From Rhynchobatus australiae (taxonomy: Eukaryota), in assembly GCA_034780895.1 (NCBI GenBank), contig JAUZTB010000048.1:15650927-15714926 (forward strand): a DNA stretch of 64,000 nt. The letters run 5' to 3'. Shown here piece after piece: positions 61,100 to 64,000 of the stretch (the stretch's first letter is position 1; the number at the start of each line of letters is the position of its first letter). Made by a program: the position numbers and the translations under genes. The notes beneath the pieces were generated by a model, which was not told where the DNA came from, searched no databases, and worked only from the letters and a program-made list of their open reading frames with translations.

Positions 61100-63006
61100 G
61101 GCCATTGTCAGATAGGATTGTTTCCAGAATACCAAATGTAGCAAAGACAGACCGTAGTGTAGTTATAGAAGTTGTTGAGGAACACGACATATATGTAGGT
61201 AAGGCCTCTATCCACTTCGAATGAGCATCCACAATAATTGGAAACATATATCTCCAGAACGATCCAAAATAGTTGATATGAATGTGCTTCCACGGGGAAT
61301 CGGACCAGGATTATGGTTTAAAGGGAACCTTTGGTGTCCCTCTTTGTGTCTTCTGACATATAGGGCAGATGCACACCATATTCTCAATATCAGTGTCAAT
61401 TTTTGGCCACCATACATAGCTTCCCGCAAATGCTTTCATTCTGACCACACCAGGGTGAGCACCATGCAGATCGTGGAGTATGTGCTTGCAGCCTTGAGGG
61501 AGAACCAGTATTCAACTGCCCCAATAATATGTAGCCATCCTGTAGGCTCAGTTCATGTTGGCAATTTGTAAATGGTTGAAATTCGGGTGAAGGGCTGGCA
61601 GCCAATCAACCTGTAGTGCTTTTTTTTTAACCTGTGATAGGAGTGTATCATGGGCTGTCCACTGCCTAATGAGGTGACTTTTGATGGTGTTTCATGTAGG
61701 CTTTGTAACTGGTAAACAACTTTGAAAAGAGGAGTGCCAGATGCTGTACCCTCAATAATTAGTAATCTGCTGAAGGCGTCAGCAATGACATTTTCATTTC
61801 TGGGGGTATACTTGTGTAGGAGTAAACTGCTAAGGTCATTGCCCATCATTGTATTCTTGGTGATGACTTTTGTTGGATACCTCGTGTCTTCCCCATCAAG
61901 CCTATCCGAGGCTTATGATATGTGTAGATTTAGAGAAGCCAACCAAATATGTATAAATGGAAGCACTTGATGCCAGACGTAATAGCTAGGGCTTCTCAGT
62001 CAAGCTGTGAATAATTAATCTCCACCTGAGACGTTGTCTTTGAAGCAAAAGCAATAGGCATCACTGTTCCACAAGGATGCAGGACGGCACCAACCCTGTG
62101 TGGTGAGGCTTCGCATTTCATGACTCTAGGTTTTTCGGGATCCTAATGCATCAACACAGATGAAGAACTGAGGGCAGTTTTTATTTGTTCAAATATCTGT
62201 TGCTCAATTCTTGACCATACCCAGTGTTACTCCTTTTAGGAGTAATCGGTATAGGGGCTTTAACACTGTAGCTGATTGATCTAAGAACCTGGTTGTGATG
62301 TGTGACTAGTCCCAGGAATGAGTGTAACTATGTCATGTTTTGTGGATGTGAAGCCTCTTTCAAGGCTTTGATTTTGTGCTCCTGCGGATGGAGACATGTT
62401 TTGTTCACCTTGAAGCCAAGACTGAGTTGGCCAAAAACGTGCATTTTTCCTTCTTTAGAAGAAAGCCAGCTTCCTCCAAAAGGGAAAGTATCCCATCTAG
62501 TGTCTCAAGATGATGGGACTCTGATGTACTGGTTACTAAAATTTCATCAAGATAAGCATAGACATGGGGAATATCCTTCATGTCTAAATTATCAATAAGG
62601 CATTGGAATATCTCAGGTGCAGAACTCACTCCAAATGGCAGCCGCTTGTACCGAAACAGGCCGGCCTCTGTGTGTATAAATTGTCGTAATGTTCCTAGAA
62701 CCTTCATCCAGAGTGACCTGATTGGAGGTGTGTTTCAGGTCTAGTGCTGAGAACTGTTGTCCTCCCGAAAGGGATGCATACAAGTCCTCAATCCATGGTA
62801 GTGGATGCACGGTCAGTCTTGTCGCAGGGTTTTTGGTCAGTTTGTAGTCACCAGAGATACACACTGATCCATCAGACTTGAGGATGGGTACAATTGGTGC
62901 CGCCCACTCTTTAAGTTCTGCCCAGCTCAGTCACATCCACTCTCTGTAGGCAGTTAAGCTCTTCTTCTACCTTTTGGGCCCACAGCATACGGCACTGGGT
63001 GGGCAT
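61100..63006 (-). mobile_element. Gypsy/Ty3 LTR retrotransposon pol remnant (RT-RNaseH-integrase; Mag/K02A2.6-like)
   Basis: Minus-strand peptides: WAAPIVPILKSDGSV.ISGDYK, PLPWIEDL..SLSGGQQFSALDL, GLFRYKRLPFGVSSAPEIFQ, YLDEIL, PIAFASK..YSQL, ADAFSRL, IIVDAHSKWIEA...LRSVFATFG...SDNG. Gypsy domain order; many frameshifts; no LTRs found. Confidence 0.92.
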
Positions 63007-63909
63007 TGTAAAACTTTTTTTTACAATGCATCAGTTTTTGCCCAGCAAATTAGGCTGTTGACCTCCCCTGACAACAGGTCTCTGTGGTTGTGTATGTTTA
63101 CCTACAGCAGGTGAGGAAATGAGGCCATCTGAGAACTTTCACCCACATTTTTCATCTTCAAGTTATTAATAGATTGAGGGGGCAACTAAACTTTCCATTT
63201 ACTCACAGCTATCATTTCCTCGTTTAGCACAAGGGGCAGGAAGTTATAGAAGAACACACTGAAGCCTGAGCTAGACAAAATGGAAGACAAAACTTTCACT
63301 ACCTTCTGGAATCACACTGTAAATGTCCATTCTGTGTGTCTCTGTTTTACAAATACAGTTTTCGCAAATATATGAAGTTCAAGGTGAATCAATGAAGTTG
63401 AGATAATTGCACACTTTGAAAAGTGTGAATCAATTTTTCATTGTGGTTCTCTTGGTTCCTGACAGGCAGGTCTGATACAAAATATTGTAAGATCCTGAAT
63501 CTGAACCGTTACTTTACTTAGACAGTGATGAGTGCACAAGCATGTTTTTATTGTGGTTTTCAGCCCACATTCTGGCCCAAAGCAAAAACCAATGCAATAA
63601 TTGGATAGTTGTCTATTAAAAATGTTGAAAAGTGCATGCTTCTCATTAATTGCCACCTCCCAATCACTGTGCAGGTGCCAGTGTTACTTATGAATTTATT
63701 ATCTACCATTTCTGCTTAACTTTCACACGTGCCTGCAATTGTGTTTTTATTTAGTTAACTGAAATTGTTAGGAATTTTATCATATCACTGANNNNNNNNN
63801 NCATGTTCTCTTGGAGGAGACTTAGAATTGTGCGCGATTTACTTGTTATGTTACATTTTTTTTAAATTGCGAATTTGGCAATTTGATATTATGTTTCTTT
63901 TTTTTGCAG

Positions 63910-63965
63910 TTAATGAAATTATAAGAAAAGATCTTTCTGCAGTCACTGTGCGAAGCCAGTCGTAG
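63910..63965 (+). CDS. NFATC2: NFATC2 terminal coding exon (NFAT1-C type C-terminus) with stop codon
   Basis: Polypyrimidine tract tttctttttttttgcag|TTAATGAAATT...TCGTAG. Joined to the previous exon it gives LDD-VNEIIRKDLSAVTVRSQS*, the conserved NFAT LDDVNEII motif (human NFATC2 VNEIIRKEFSGPPARNQT). Confidence 0.96.
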
Positions 63966-64000
63966 ACCCAGCAAATTTACAATGGACACTTCCTTGCAAA

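Larger units (their letters stand above)
10999..63909 (+). other. NFATC2: ~52.9 kb GT-AG intron of NFATC2
   Basis: Phase-1 donor at 10999 (gtaagg) and acceptor ending at 63909 (tgcag) join LDD to VNEII in frame. No other recognisable NFAT exon was found between them. Confidence 0.88.

Noticed and set aside
1-64000. CRISPR arrays, operons or other prokaryotic/viral systems
   Set aside because: None seen: no repeat-spacer arrays and no dense ORFs. The sequence is intron-rich vertebrate DNA.

Overview
Eukaryotic (vertebrate) genomic DNA, AT-rich, draft assembly with many N gaps. The repeat content (V-SINE/HE1-like, DeuSINE, CR1, Rex/Babar, Penelope-type) points to a cartilaginous fish, probably a ray or shark; this is inference. 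The whole window lies inside one + strand gene, NFATC2 (NFAT1). Four coding exons were read directly, with canonical AG/GT sites and matching phases: 6580-6635, 7398-7527, 10036-10998 and 63910-63965 (stop). They encode the end of the RHD/IPT domain and the C-terminal transactivation region. A ~52.9 kb intron fills most of the window and holds decayed LINEs (CR1, L2, RTE, Rex/Babar), a Gypsy pol remnant, SINEs and Penelope-derived pieces. Best leads: (1) Penelope-type minimal hammerhead ribozyme motifs in the pre-mRNA, including an inverted-repeat element with a hammerhead in each arm; (2) a five-copy SP repeat in the C-terminal domain where human has two; (3) candidate intronic polyA/read-through short isoforms; (4) a dense NFAT + AP-1 motif cluster that could be autoregulatory; (5) a tail-to-tail V-SINE pair carrying two different LINE tails. 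I found no convincing new protein-coding system. Nearly all ORFs in the supplied track are spurious or TE-derived.
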